A stretch of 64,000 nucleotides of DNA from Thermodesulfovibrionales bacterium. Its GTDB lineage: Bacteria > Nitrospirota > Thermodesulfovibrionia > Thermodesulfovibrionales > JdFR-86. The stretch's first letter is position 1; each line of letters begins with the position of its first letter. Both the position numbers and the translations under genes were made by a program. Below, piece after piece: positions 22,198 through 30,260 of this stretch. The stretch covers positions 1,211 to 65,210 of the forward strand of contig JAUXOF010000082.1 in NCBI GenBank assembly GCA_030682405.1, in the 5' to 3' direction. Under the pieces are notes generated by a model. It was given only the letters and a program-made list of their open reading frames with translations, was not told the origin of the DNA and did no database searches.

Positions 22198-22326
22198 GGT
22201 TGTAAAAAATAAACCGGAATCCGGTTGGCAAAGACAATTCTTCTTATTTTAGCATAAATATCCGGGCCAAATCCAGAGGCAGCGGGTTTCGGCAACCCTG
22301 CTGCGGAAACCCCTCTTAGCACAACT

Positions 22327-22354
22327 TTGACAAACAGGCTGGGACGCATATAAA
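22327..22354 (+). promoter_or_regulatory. Sigma70-like promoter TTGACA-N16-TATAAA, 7 nt before the ATG (possible leaderless mRNA)
   Basis: TTGACA at 22327-22332, TATAAA at 22349-22354, ATG at 22362, with no Shine-Dalgarno sequence between. Confidence 0.35.
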
Positions 22355-22361
22355 ATACGGC

Positions 22362-23045
22362 ATGAAGAAGATACTGATAGTGGACGAGATAAAGTCCGCG
22401 GTGGAGGAGGAGCAGGGCATCCTCAAGAGGGCCGACATTCACATATTCACGGCAGGCACAGGGGATGAGGCCCTAAATGTCCACAGGGCCGAGAAGGTAA
22501 ACCTCATTATAGCCGCGCTGGACATGCCGGGCATGAACGGCGACGAGCTCTGCTGCGCGATAAGAGAGGACGGCGGGCTGAAAAAGGTCTCCGTAATCCT
22601 CGTATGCAACAGGAGGAAGGCGGACATCGAGCGGTGTGCAAACTGCGGCGCCAATTCCTACATAACCCAGCCGATAAACCCCGAAGAGCTAAGGCAGAAG
22701 GTGGGCAAGCTCCTCGACGTCCCCGGCAGGCGGGACCTCAGGGTGCTGATAAAGGCCGAGGTCAAGGGGTACTTTAAGAGCAAGCCGTTTTACTGCACGT
22801 CCGAGAACATCAGCCGGTCGGGCCTCCTCCTTGAGGCAGGCCGCGCTCTGGCAAAGGGGGACAAGGTAAGCTGCTCGTTTTTCATCCCGGACGAGTACCG
22901 CATAATCGCCGACTGCGAGGTCGTGAGGGTAGCAAAGAAGGAGATGAACACCTACTACTACGGCATCAGGTTCACGAACATAGACGAGGGTTATGTGGCG
23001 GCCATAGACCGCTATGTCGAAAAAAGGCTCAGGGGGGAGGCGTGA
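22362..23045 (+). CDS. Response-regulator receiver domain fused to PilZ (c-di-GMP binding) domain
   Basis: REC (KILIVDE...DMPGMNG). PilZ motifs RRDLR (RxxxR) and ENISRSG (D/NxSxxG). Confidence 0.8.
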   Translation: MKKILIVDEIKSAVEEEQGILKRADIHIFTAGTGDEALNVHRAEKVNLIIAALDMPGMNGDELCCAIREDGGLKKVSVILVCNRRKADIERCANCGANSYITQPINPEELRQKVGKLLDVPGRRDLRVLIKAEVKGYFKSKPFYCTSENISRSGLLLEAGRALAKGDKVSCSFFIPDEYRIIADCEVVRVAKKEMNTYYYGIRFTNIDEGYVAAIDRYVEKRLRGEA

Positions 23046-23063
23046 TGTTCCACGTGGAACAAT
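23045..23063. repeat. Left copy of 19-bp inverted repeat containing the 16-bp perfect palindrome TGTTCCACGTGGAACA
   Basis: ATGTTCCACGTGGAACAAT. Exact reverse complement of 24291-24309. Overlaps the REC-PilZ stop codon. Confidence 0.9.
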
Positions 23064-23157
23064 ACCATTGTCCTGTCAGTGACATAGAAGCAAAACACCA
23101 TGAAATGATATAATATTTCCGAATAATTCTATCAACGAAGGAGGGTAGAGACCCAAC

Positions 23158-23358
23158 ATGAAACTTCATGTTCATATAGAGCAAGACGAGGCCGGATATT
23201 TCGTTGCCGAGGTTCCCGCGCTTCCCGGCTGTTTGTCCCAAGGTAAAACGAGGGAAGAGGCCATTAAGAATATTCAGGAGGCGGTAGGGGGCTGGCTTGA
23301 GGTCATGGAGTCCAAACGGAAGTATCCTAAAAAGGAGATGATAGAGGTTTTCATCTGA
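23158..23358 (+). CDS. hicB: HicB-family antitoxin (UPF0150)
   Basis: 66 aa. Pattern EQDEAGYFVAEVPALPGCLSQGKTREEAIKNIQEA is typical of HicB N-terminal domains. RBS GGAGGG. Confidence 0.8.
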   Translation: MKLHVHIEQDEAGYFVAEVPALPGCLSQGKTREEAIKNIQEAVGGWLEVMESKRKYPKKEMIEVFI

Positions 23359-23390
23359 CGGGCGGCGGCCTCAAGTTCTGTTCCGGCGCC

Positions 23391-23579
23391 ATGGCGGTGA
23401 AAAAATTTCAACGGGCTGGCTGGAAGGTAAACCGTCAAAAAGGCTCCCATGTGATGATGACAAAAAAGGGTTATGATTATACCCTCTCCATCCCTCAGCA
23501 TTCCGAGCTCGGCCCGGGCATTCTAAGGAAGCTTATCAAGCAGGCAAACCTGTCCGTAGAGGAGTTTAACGGTTTATGA
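23391..23579 (+). CDS. hicA: HicA-family mRNA interferase toxin
   Basis: KKFQRAGWKVNRQKGSHVMMTK...IPQHSELGPGILRKLIKQANL. The true start may be a non-ATG codon upstream (CTG at 23355), because the frame also encodes SGA before the Met. Confidence 0.8.
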   Translation: MAVKKFQRAGWKVNRQKGSHVMMTKKGYDYTLSIPQHSELGPGILRKLIKQANLSVEEFNGL

Positions 23580-24277
23580 AGGTTTCTGACAATATAGAAA
23601 AGTATTGTTCTTATTTTCAAATTGAACTTGAAAAAATTTCTTCGCTGCAAAGCGAACGCCTCTATAAAAAAATACTTATCATGGCTATGCTTGATACATT
23701 GGCATACGCAAGTTGCCCCTCCGAAGAAAGCAATAAAAAACGCTTTTTAAGTTTCATTGACAACTATGCCGATTGGCCGAAAAAAAATCATGTAAGCCTG
23801 CCCCAGCTTCAGCTATTATTGGCAAATGAGACGTGTCAGAGTAAACTTACGATGAAAATAGCAGAAAGGTTGAAATCTTGGCCATTGGAAACGGGGCCGA
23901 AGGACGACCCGTCGCAGGACGATGAAATTTTCAGTAGCGAGAACCAGCAGGAGAAGAAGTTAAGAGAAGAGGAGAAGAAGTTAAGAGAAAAATCGACATA
24001 TAAGAATTTATTGTATGCTTATCGCAATCACCTTGTTCATGAATTCAGAGAACCCGGCTATGCGATTGAAAGCGATGATGCCGGCGACAAACCTTTTTAT
24101 GCACAGATGCGTCCTATAGAAAGCGGCTTAAAGACGTGGGAGCTTTGTTATCCACTCGGGTTTTTCAAAAAAATTGCAGAGTCTTCGCTTAATAAGCTCA
24201 CTGAATATTTCAGAAAAGGGAATATCGATCCGTATTCGCTCTATAGAGATAAAATCGGCTCTCTTTGGAGGCGGTAG
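23576..24277 (+). CDS. Hypothetical 233-aa protein with HEPN-like RNxxxH motif
   Basis: ATGA overlap with the hicA stop. AT-richer than hicBA. Motif LLYAYRNHLVHEF (R-X4-H). Internal 21-bp tandem duplication (EKKLREE/EKKLREK). Confidence 0.4.
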   Translation: MKVSDNIEKYCSYFQIELEKISSLQSERLYKKILIMAMLDTLAYASCPSEESNKKRFLSFIDNYADWPKKNHVSLPQLQLLLANETCQSKLTMKIAERLKSWPLETGPKDDPSQDDEIFSSENQQEKKLREEEKKLREKSTYKNLLYAYRNHLVHEFREPGYAIESDDAGDKPFYAQMRPIESGLKTWELCYPLGFFKKIAESSLNKLTEYFRKGNIDPYSLYRDKIGSLWRR

Positions 24278-24290
24278 TCTCGATTCCCCG

Positions 24291-24309
24291 ATTGTTCCAC
24301 GTGGAACAT
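24291..24309. repeat. Right copy of 19-bp inverted repeat / 16-bp palindrome
   Basis: ATTGTTCCACGTGGAACAT, 5 nt from the stop of the convergent sigma54 regulator gene. Confidence 0.9.
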
Positions 24310-24314
24310 CCGGC

Positions 24315-25658
24315 TCAGGGCATGTTTATGCCGTAGGCCTTTATCTTCCTGTGGAGGTTGCTCCGCTCAATGCCGACGGCCTCGGCAGTCTTGGATATGT
24401 TCCAGCCGTTTTCCCCGAGCTTCCTGAGGAGATAGTCCCGCTCGAACGCGTCCCTTGCGTCCTTTAGGGCTGAAAGCATGAAGTAGTCCTGCCTGCCGAG
24501 CTCGCTGGAGAACAGATGCCTTGCTTCTATGACCTCGGAGGGCACCATTATGACGAGCCTCTCTATCGTGTTCCTAAGCTCCCGGACATTGCCCGGCCAG
24601 TCCGCCTTAAAGAGGCATTCGACAGCCTCCTCGGTCATGACCTTGGCCGGCCGGCCGTACTCCGAGGCTATGGCCTCAAGGAAGTGCCGGGCAAGCAGCC
24701 TTATATCTTCCTTCCTTTCCCTCAGGGGCGGGATGGTTATAGGTATGACGCTGAGCCTGAAGTAGAGGTCCTCCCTGAATGCGCCCTTCTTTGCCTCCTC
24801 CCTGAGGTCCTTGTTCGTTGCCGCTATGACCCTGAGGTCCACCTTTATGTTTTTGCTTCCGCCCACCCTCTGGAACTCCTGCGTCTCTATGGCCCTCAAG
24901 AGCTTTGACTGTGTGGTAAGGGACATGTCCCCTATCTCGTCCAGAAACAGGGTGCCGGAGTCCGCAAGCTCCAACTTCCCCTTCTTCTGCTCAAATGCGC
25001 CGGTGAAGGAGCCTTTTTCGTGGCCGAAAAGCTCGCTCTCTATAAGCTCCTGAGGTATGGCGGCGCAGTTTACCTCCACAAACGGCATCTTCGCCCGTGG
25101 ACTGAGGTCATGCAGGAGCTTTGCCACAAGCTCCTTTCCGGTGCCAGACTCCCCGTAGACAAGCACCCTGCTTGAGCTCGGCGCTGCCATCTTTATCTGT
25201 TCCATGAGCGCCTGCATGCCGGGGGTCCGGCCTATGAGCCTGGACTTGCGGGAGAGGGTCTCCCTCAGCGCCTTGTTTTCGGTCTCAAGCCTCTTCCTCT
25301 CAAGCGCCCTCCTTGCAGAAAGCACTATCCTGTCAAGCGAAAGGGGCTTTTCAAGGAAGTCGTATGCGCCCATCCGGGTCGCCTTCACAGCCATCTCTAT
25401 ATTGCCGTGGCCGGATATCATGATTACAGGCAGGTCGCTGTGTAATCCGCGTATCTCGCCCAGCGCCTCTATGCCGTCCATCCCCTGAAGCCACACGTCA
25501 AGCATAACAAGGTCTACGGCCTGCTCCTTAAGGGTCTTCACGGCCTCCTCGGCGGAGGCCGCCGTGATGACCGCATAGCCCTCGTCCCTGAATATGTCCG
25601 AAAGGCTCTCCCGTATCCCCTCCTCATCGTCCACCACAAGCACGACCGGCTCTGACAT
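24315..25658 (-). CDS. Sigma-54-dependent response regulator (NtrC/NtrX family)
   Basis: REC domain, AAA+ (GESGTGKE, GSFTGA loop), C-terminal HTH. Confidence 0.9.
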   Translation of the reverse strand: MSEPVVLVVDDEEGIRESLSDIFRDEGYAVITAASAEEAVKTLKEQAVDLVMLDVWLQGMDGIEALGEIRGLHSDLPVIMISGHGNIEMAVKATRMGAYDFLEKPLSLDRIVLSARRALERKRLETENKALRETLSRKSRLIGRTPGMQALMEQIKMAAPSSSRVLVYGESGTGKELVAKLLHDLSPRAKMPFVEVNCAAIPQELIESELFGHEKGSFTGAFEQKKGKLELADSGTLFLDEIGDMSLTTQSKLLRAIETQEFQRVGGSKNIKVDLRVIAATNKDLREEAKKGAFREDLYFRLSVIPITIPPLRERKEDIRLLARHFLEAIASEYGRPAKVMTEEAVECLFKADWPGNVRELRNTIERLVIMVPSEVIEARHLFSSELGRQDYFMLSALKDARDAFERDYLLRKLGENGWNISKTAEAVGIERSNLHRKIKAYGINMP

Positions 25659-27686
25659 CTATCCCTCCTTCATGGGCAGCTCAACGGTAAAGATGCTGCC
25701 GCGCGGTTTATTGTCCATTACCCTGATGTATCCGCCGTGTTCCGCTATTATCCTGTCGGCGATTGCAAGCCCAAGCCCTGTGCCGTGCTTTTTCGTGGAA
25801 AAGTACGGCAGGAAGAGTTTCTCCTTGTCGCTGTCCTTTATGCCCGGGCCGTTGTCCCCTACATCCACGAACAGCCGGTTGGCCTCGTAATCCGGCCGTA
25901 TCCTAACCGTGATGCTGCCGGCCTCTCCAGCTGCGGAAACCGCATTCTCAAAGAGGTTTATGAGCACCCTCTTGAACTGCTCCGCGTCAATGTCAGCGGT
26001 TGCGTCCCCGGGCTCAAGGGTTATGCTCAGGTTTTTATAGGCGCTGTACAGGCTTATTGCCTCCTCTGCCACCGCCCTCACGCCCGTGGGCCTTTTGTTT
26101 ATCTCCGGCATCTTTCCGAAGCGCGAAAACTCATCCACGAGCCTCTGGAGGCTTGCGACCTCCCTTACAATGGCGCTTGTCGAGCGCTCGAATATCTGTT
26201 CGAACTCTCCGTCTTTTTCCTGCCACTTCTTGAGCATCCTCTCTGTGGAGAGCTTGATGGGGGTGAGGGGGTTTTTTATCTCATGGGCTATCCTCCGCGC
26301 CACCTCCTGCCATGCCAGTGCCCGCTGGGCCTTAATGATGTCCGTCAGGTCGTCAAAGACCACAAGGAGGCCGCGGTATCCGCCGGCTGTATTCCTGAGG
26401 CCGGCAATCGAGACCCTCAGGATGACCTTCCTGCCGTCTATCGTCGCTCCGACCTCGGCGTGCTCAACAGCACTAAAGGTCTTGAGGTTTATGTCCTTCA
26501 GGTGCTTAAGGAGCTCCGAAGACTCTATGCCTGAGAGTATAACTCCGTAGTTCTTGCCTACTACGTCTTGGGCAGTAACGCATAGAATCCTGAGGGCTGC
26601 GGAGTTTATCATCATTACATTTCCGGCAGGGTCAAGGGACAGGACTCCGCTTTGGATGTTCTCCACGATATTCTCTATAAAGAGCCTTCTTCTGTCGGAC
26701 TCGGCGTAGGCTGTCTGAAGGAATTCCCTGCCTTCCCGTATCTCCCTCACCATGCGGTTGAAGGACTCTATCAGAAGCCCCATCTCATCCCCGCTCTTTG
26801 CCGCAACGCTTACAGAGAGGTTGCCTTCTGCCACCGCCTCCGTCGCCTCCACAAGTCCCCTTACCGGCTCGGTTATCCTGCCCGCTATCCTCAGGGCGGC
26901 CCACATTGCAAGGGATATGACCATGAGGGCGGCGAAGCCCAGTATCAGGAGAAAGTTGAGCTTAAGCGGGACGCTCCATGCCTCAAGCTTGATATAGTCC
27001 TCGTAGGTCTCTTTTATCTCCTTTACCGAGGCTGTTATGGCAGGAGGCATGATATGCTCCACTACGACGACCCCGGCCTCGGGCGCGACTGCGGGCACTG
27101 CCGCCCTAACAATGTCCCTGCCCTCCTCGGAGATAACCTCCGCGTTCCGGCCTCCCCCGAAGGCGGCCATTACCGCTACAGTGGCGTCATCAGGCATCTC
27201 CGCAAGCCGTATCACATTGTATCCTGAGGGCAGGGCAAGACCGGAGGCTGCGGCTGCGGCAGCCTCAAGGGTCTTTTCCCTTTCCATATTATAGACAACC
27301 TTGGCCACCTCTATGGAGCTTTCAAGCGGCTGCCTGAACTGGGGGCTGAAAAGCCGCTCTATATAATTGCTTCCCAGTCCGAGTGCGGCAACGAGCAGGA
27401 GGCCCGTGGGGATTGCGATGAGCGCTACGAACAGGAGCACCATCTTTGTTTTGAACCTGTAGCCCGGCACCCGGCGCTTTCTTTCGGAATAAAGCACGAG
27501 GAGGTTTTTGGCCACGAAAAATATCAGGACCCCGAGGGCTGCGATATTAAGGTTCAGAAAAAGGAGAAACAGGAGGTTGCCCAGAGGGGTGGAGCCCTCC
27601 ATCCTGAGGAGATTGAACTCTAAGACAGAGGCCGCGACCGCCAGAAGAAGCAGTATTAAGGCCGATATGACGCCTCTTTTTTTCAT
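25659..27686 (-). CDS. Sensor histidine kinase, NtrY-like (multi-TM, HAMP, PAS, HisKA, HATPase)
   Basis: 675 aa. H-box RRIAHEIKNPLTPI, N/G boxes (NLFENAV, DNGPGI, GTGLGLAI). Adjacent to the regulator gene with no intergenic gap (regulator start at 25658, kinase stop at 25659). Confidence 0.85.
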   Translation of the reverse strand: MKKRGVISALILLLLAVAASVLEFNLLRMEGSTPLGNLLFLLFLNLNIAALGVLIFFVAKNLLVLYSERKRRVPGYRFKTKMVLLFVALIAIPTGLLLVAALGLGSNYIERLFSPQFRQPLESSIEVAKVVYNMEREKTLEAAAAAASGLALPSGYNVIRLAEMPDDATVAVMAAFGGGRNAEVISEEGRDIVRAAVPAVAPEAGVVVVEHIMPPAITASVKEIKETYEDYIKLEAWSVPLKLNFLLILGFAALMVISLAMWAALRIAGRITEPVRGLVEATEAVAEGNLSVSVAAKSGDEMGLLIESFNRMVREIREGREFLQTAYAESDRRRLFIENIVENIQSGVLSLDPAGNVMMINSAALRILCVTAQDVVGKNYGVILSGIESSELLKHLKDINLKTFSAVEHAEVGATIDGRKVILRVSIAGLRNTAGGYRGLLVVFDDLTDIIKAQRALAWQEVARRIAHEIKNPLTPIKLSTERMLKKWQEKDGEFEQIFERSTSAIVREVASLQRLVDEFSRFGKMPEINKRPTGVRAVAEEAISLYSAYKNLSITLEPGDATADIDAEQFKRVLINLFENAVSAAGEAGSITVRIRPDYEANRLFVDVGDNGPGIKDSDKEKLFLPYFSTKKHGTGLGLAIADRIIAEHGGYIRVMDNKPRGSIFTVELPMKEG

Positions 27687-28252
27687 TTCCTGCCGCCTGC
27701 CTGAAACCGCTCAGAGTCCTTTGATACGCTGAATTCTTTCTCCCTTACGAAAAAAAGCAGGTGGTTTATGACCGGAGGAAGCCTGCGGAGCCGGGACTCG
27801 GCCGTGACCCTGACGAAGTACAGGTCAGGCGCAAGCTCGGAGACGTTTGTAAGCTTAAACTCCGGAGCCCGGAGCGCCCATGCCGCGAGCGGCTCGCAGC
27901 CCGAAAACCTTTTCTCAGTAAGCGTCATTCCGTCAAACGAGGTGGCGACGTACTCCTTCTTGACCGGGTCGCACCGGAGCGTCTTTGTGAAGGCCGCTCC
28001 CAGAACGAACTCATCAGGCCAGTACGGCCACACCCTGAAGAGGTCAACGTGGAATATTATCTCCTTAGGGATGCCGTTTCTGATGTCCTTAAGCTCGGCC
28101 TCGCTTAAGCTCAACGAGGATGAGACGACAATGCTGTTTTCCTTGAGCGCGACTTCCGGGCCTGCTATCTCCGCGGCCAAGGCGGCCCCTGAAAACAGCA
28201 GGGAAAGGCAGATGCCGAGCACAAGGCATAGGACTGACCGCTCCACTGACAT
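27683..28252 (-). CDS. DUF4390-like periplasmic protein (usual upstream partner of ntrY)
   Basis: Signal peptide. Pattern NGIPKEIIFHVDLFRVWPYWPDEFV. 4-nt overlap with the kinase gene. Confidence 0.55.
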   Translation of the reverse strand: MSVERSVLCLVLGICLSLLFSGAALAAEIAGPEVALKENSIVVSSSLSLSEAELKDIRNGIPKEIIFHVDLFRVWPYWPDEFVLGAAFTKTLRCDPVKKEYVATSFDGMTLTEKRFSGCEPLAAWALRAPEFKLTNVSELAPDLYFVRVTAESRLRRLPPVINHLLFFVREKEFSVSKDSERFQAGGRK

Positions 28253-28430
28253 TTAAGGCTTGACATCTCCTCGGAAATTTATTTTCATTATAGCATAGGC
28301 GGGAGCGCTTCCTTTTATGGCAGGAAGCTCTCTATGAGGGTAAACCGCCCGGAATGACGGCAATAAGGCAGCCTTGCAGAAAGACTATAGGAAATAGCAA
28401 GATTAAGTAAGATTAATTTAGGAGGGGAAT

Positions 28431-28913
28431 ATGGAACTCAAGGCAGTAAGGCTGGAAATGCCGGAAGACTCAAACATCATCTTAGGCCAGACGCATTTCA
28501 TCAAGACTGCGGAAGACCTTTATGAGGCAGTCGCCTGCTCCGTGCCTCAGGCCAAGTTCGGCGTCGCCTTTACAGAGGCCTCAGGCCCTTGTCTTATAAG
28601 AACCGAGGGCAACGACCCTGCCCTTACTGCTGCGTGCGTAAGGAACCTTGAGGCCATAGGCGCGGGCCACGTGTTCTGCATCATACTTAAGGACGCATTT
28701 CCCATAAACGTCCTGAATGCGGTGAAGAACTGCCCGGAGGTGTGCGGGATTTTTGCGGCAACCGCAAACCCCGTTGAGGTCATAGTGGCAGGGACGCCGC
28801 AGGGCAATGCGGTGTTGGGGGTGGTGGACGGTTTTCCGCCCAAGGGGGTTGAGACCGCAGAGGACAAGGCCCAGAGAAGGGAATTCCTGAGAAAAATAGG
28901 GTATAAGCTTTAG
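28431..28913 (+). CDS. Adenosine-specific kinase family protein (PF04008-like)
   Basis: 160 aa. Family recognised from the overall sequence pattern ([12 protein letters not shown]...KFGVAF...[22 protein letters not shown]). Confidence 0.55.
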   Translation: MELKAVRLEMPEDSNIILGQTHFIKTAEDLYEAVACSVPQAKFGVAFTEASGPCLIRTEGNDPALTAACVRNLEAIGAGHVFCIILKDAFPINVLNAVKNCPEVCGIFAATANPVEVIVAGTPQGNAVLGVVDGFPPKGVETAEDKAQRREFLRKIGYKL

Positions 28914-29010
28914 GCGACGGGAAAAATACCTTGATAATTTTCATAAAAGGTAGTATAAACACTGTAGTATAAAAGCAGTAGAACATTAATCAGAAATCAG
29001 AGGGGAAGAC

Positions 29011-30150
29011 ATGAGAGCCAAATATATCCTTATCCGGCTGTTTTTTGTTGCAGTGGGTTTAATTGCTTTTCCGGCGGCCTCTTTTTCCGAGCAGAAGTGT
29101 GTGGATGCCGAGGGCGAGGCCGCGATTGTGCGCGGCGATGTTCCCTCTGCAAAGACCGAGGCTGTCGCAAGGGCAAAGTGGACTGCAATAGAGCAGGCAG
29201 TGGGCGTTGAGGTCAGGGCCGCAAGCGTGGTGCAGAACTTCAGCCTTGTAGATGATGCCGTAATCAAGGGCATAAGGGGGGTAATAGCGGGTTTTAAGAT
29301 ACTTGACGAAAAGAATACGGGAGATACGGTAATCGTCAAGATAAACGCATGCATTGAGCCTTCCAAGGCCGAGGATGCGGTCATGTCGCTTGCGATGAAC
29401 AATTCCCTTGTGGTTTTAATCCCGGCCAAGGACCCGGAGACCGGCCAGTACGAAGAGAGCAACGCGCTTTCGGAGGCCCTGATAAGCAAGCTCATAGACC
29501 ACGGCTATCAGGTCATGGACGCCGCTCCCGGGGATGTAGCGGACGCCGAGATGGTGGAGAAGGCCATGAAGACCGGAAACTACATGACCCTCAGGGCCCT
29601 GCTTTATAAGTATATGTCCAATGTCCTTCTGATAGGGAAGATAGACTACAACATCTCAACGAAAAAGGGCGAGGACGTAGGCTACGGCCTCTCCATGCCC
29701 GTAAACAACGTCACAGTGAGGATGACCTACAGGATGCTCACAAGGGACAAGACCGGCAGAAACGTAATCCTGGCCTCAGGCAGCGACGAGGCCAAGGGCA
29801 TGGCCTTCAGCGTTGAGGACGCAAGGCAGAACGGAATCAAGGCATTAAGGGACAAGGTCACGCCCGCAATCGTTGATGCCATGACCAAGCACCTCAATGC
29901 CGCATCAAAGAAAATATCCCTGAGCGTGCCGGGAGTGGCGGATTTAAACGCCAATTTTGCAGTGAAGGGGAGCTTGCAGAATATCGCATGGGTTACGTCC
30001 GTTGAGGAAAAGGGGCTTGGGGAGTTCATGGTCGGGTATCCGGAAAACATAATCTATCTCTTAAACAGCCTTACGCAGATGGACTACAGGCTCGTAAAGT
30101 TCACGAGCGTCTCGGCCACGGTGGAGCAGACCTCAGGAGGAGGCAATTAG
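29011..30150 (+). CDS. Secreted protein, N-terminal LPP20/FlgT-like fold candidate
   Basis: Signal peptide MRAKYILIRLFFVAVGLIAFPAASF. First gene of a 4-gene secreted-protein cluster. Confidence 0.45.
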   Translation: MRAKYILIRLFFVAVGLIAFPAASFSEQKCVDAEGEAAIVRGDVPSAKTEAVARAKWTAIEQAVGVEVRAASVVQNFSLVDDAVIKGIRGVIAGFKILDEKNTGDTVIVKINACIEPSKAEDAVMSLAMNNSLVVLIPAKDPETGQYEESNALSEALISKLIDHGYQVMDAAPGDVADAEMVEKAMKTGNYMTLRALLYKYMSNVLLIGKIDYNISTKKGEDVGYGLSMPVNNVTVRMTYRMLTRDKTGRNVILASGSDEAKGMAFSVEDARQNGIKALRDKVTPAIVDAMTKHLNAASKKISLSVPGVADLNANFAVKGSLQNIAWVTSVEEKGLGEFMVGYPENIIYLLNSLTQMDYRLVKFTSVSATVEQTSGGGN

Positions 30151-30156
30151 GGGCCG

Positions 30157-30178
30157 GCCGAAGGCTCGTAGAGAGGAT
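30157..30178 (+). repeat. Dispersed short repeat GCCGAAGGCTCGTAGAGAGGAT (copy A)
   Basis: 22/22 identical to the reverse complement of 38885-38906. The 18-nt core is also at 55306-55323 (reverse strand). Confidence 0.85.
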
Positions 30179-30260
30179 TATCCGGGACGGGTTTTGAAAT
30201 AGGGCGGAGGCGGCTGGCCTTTGCCGTGTTGTGGCTTAAAAATATTGTAAGGAGGCTGAT

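Noticed and set aside
22205-22230. Palindrome AACCGGAATCCGGTT upstream of prfB, considered as a terminator or operator.
   Set aside because: The stem is short, has no U-tract, and lies in a divergent promoter region. The evidence for any role is insufficient.
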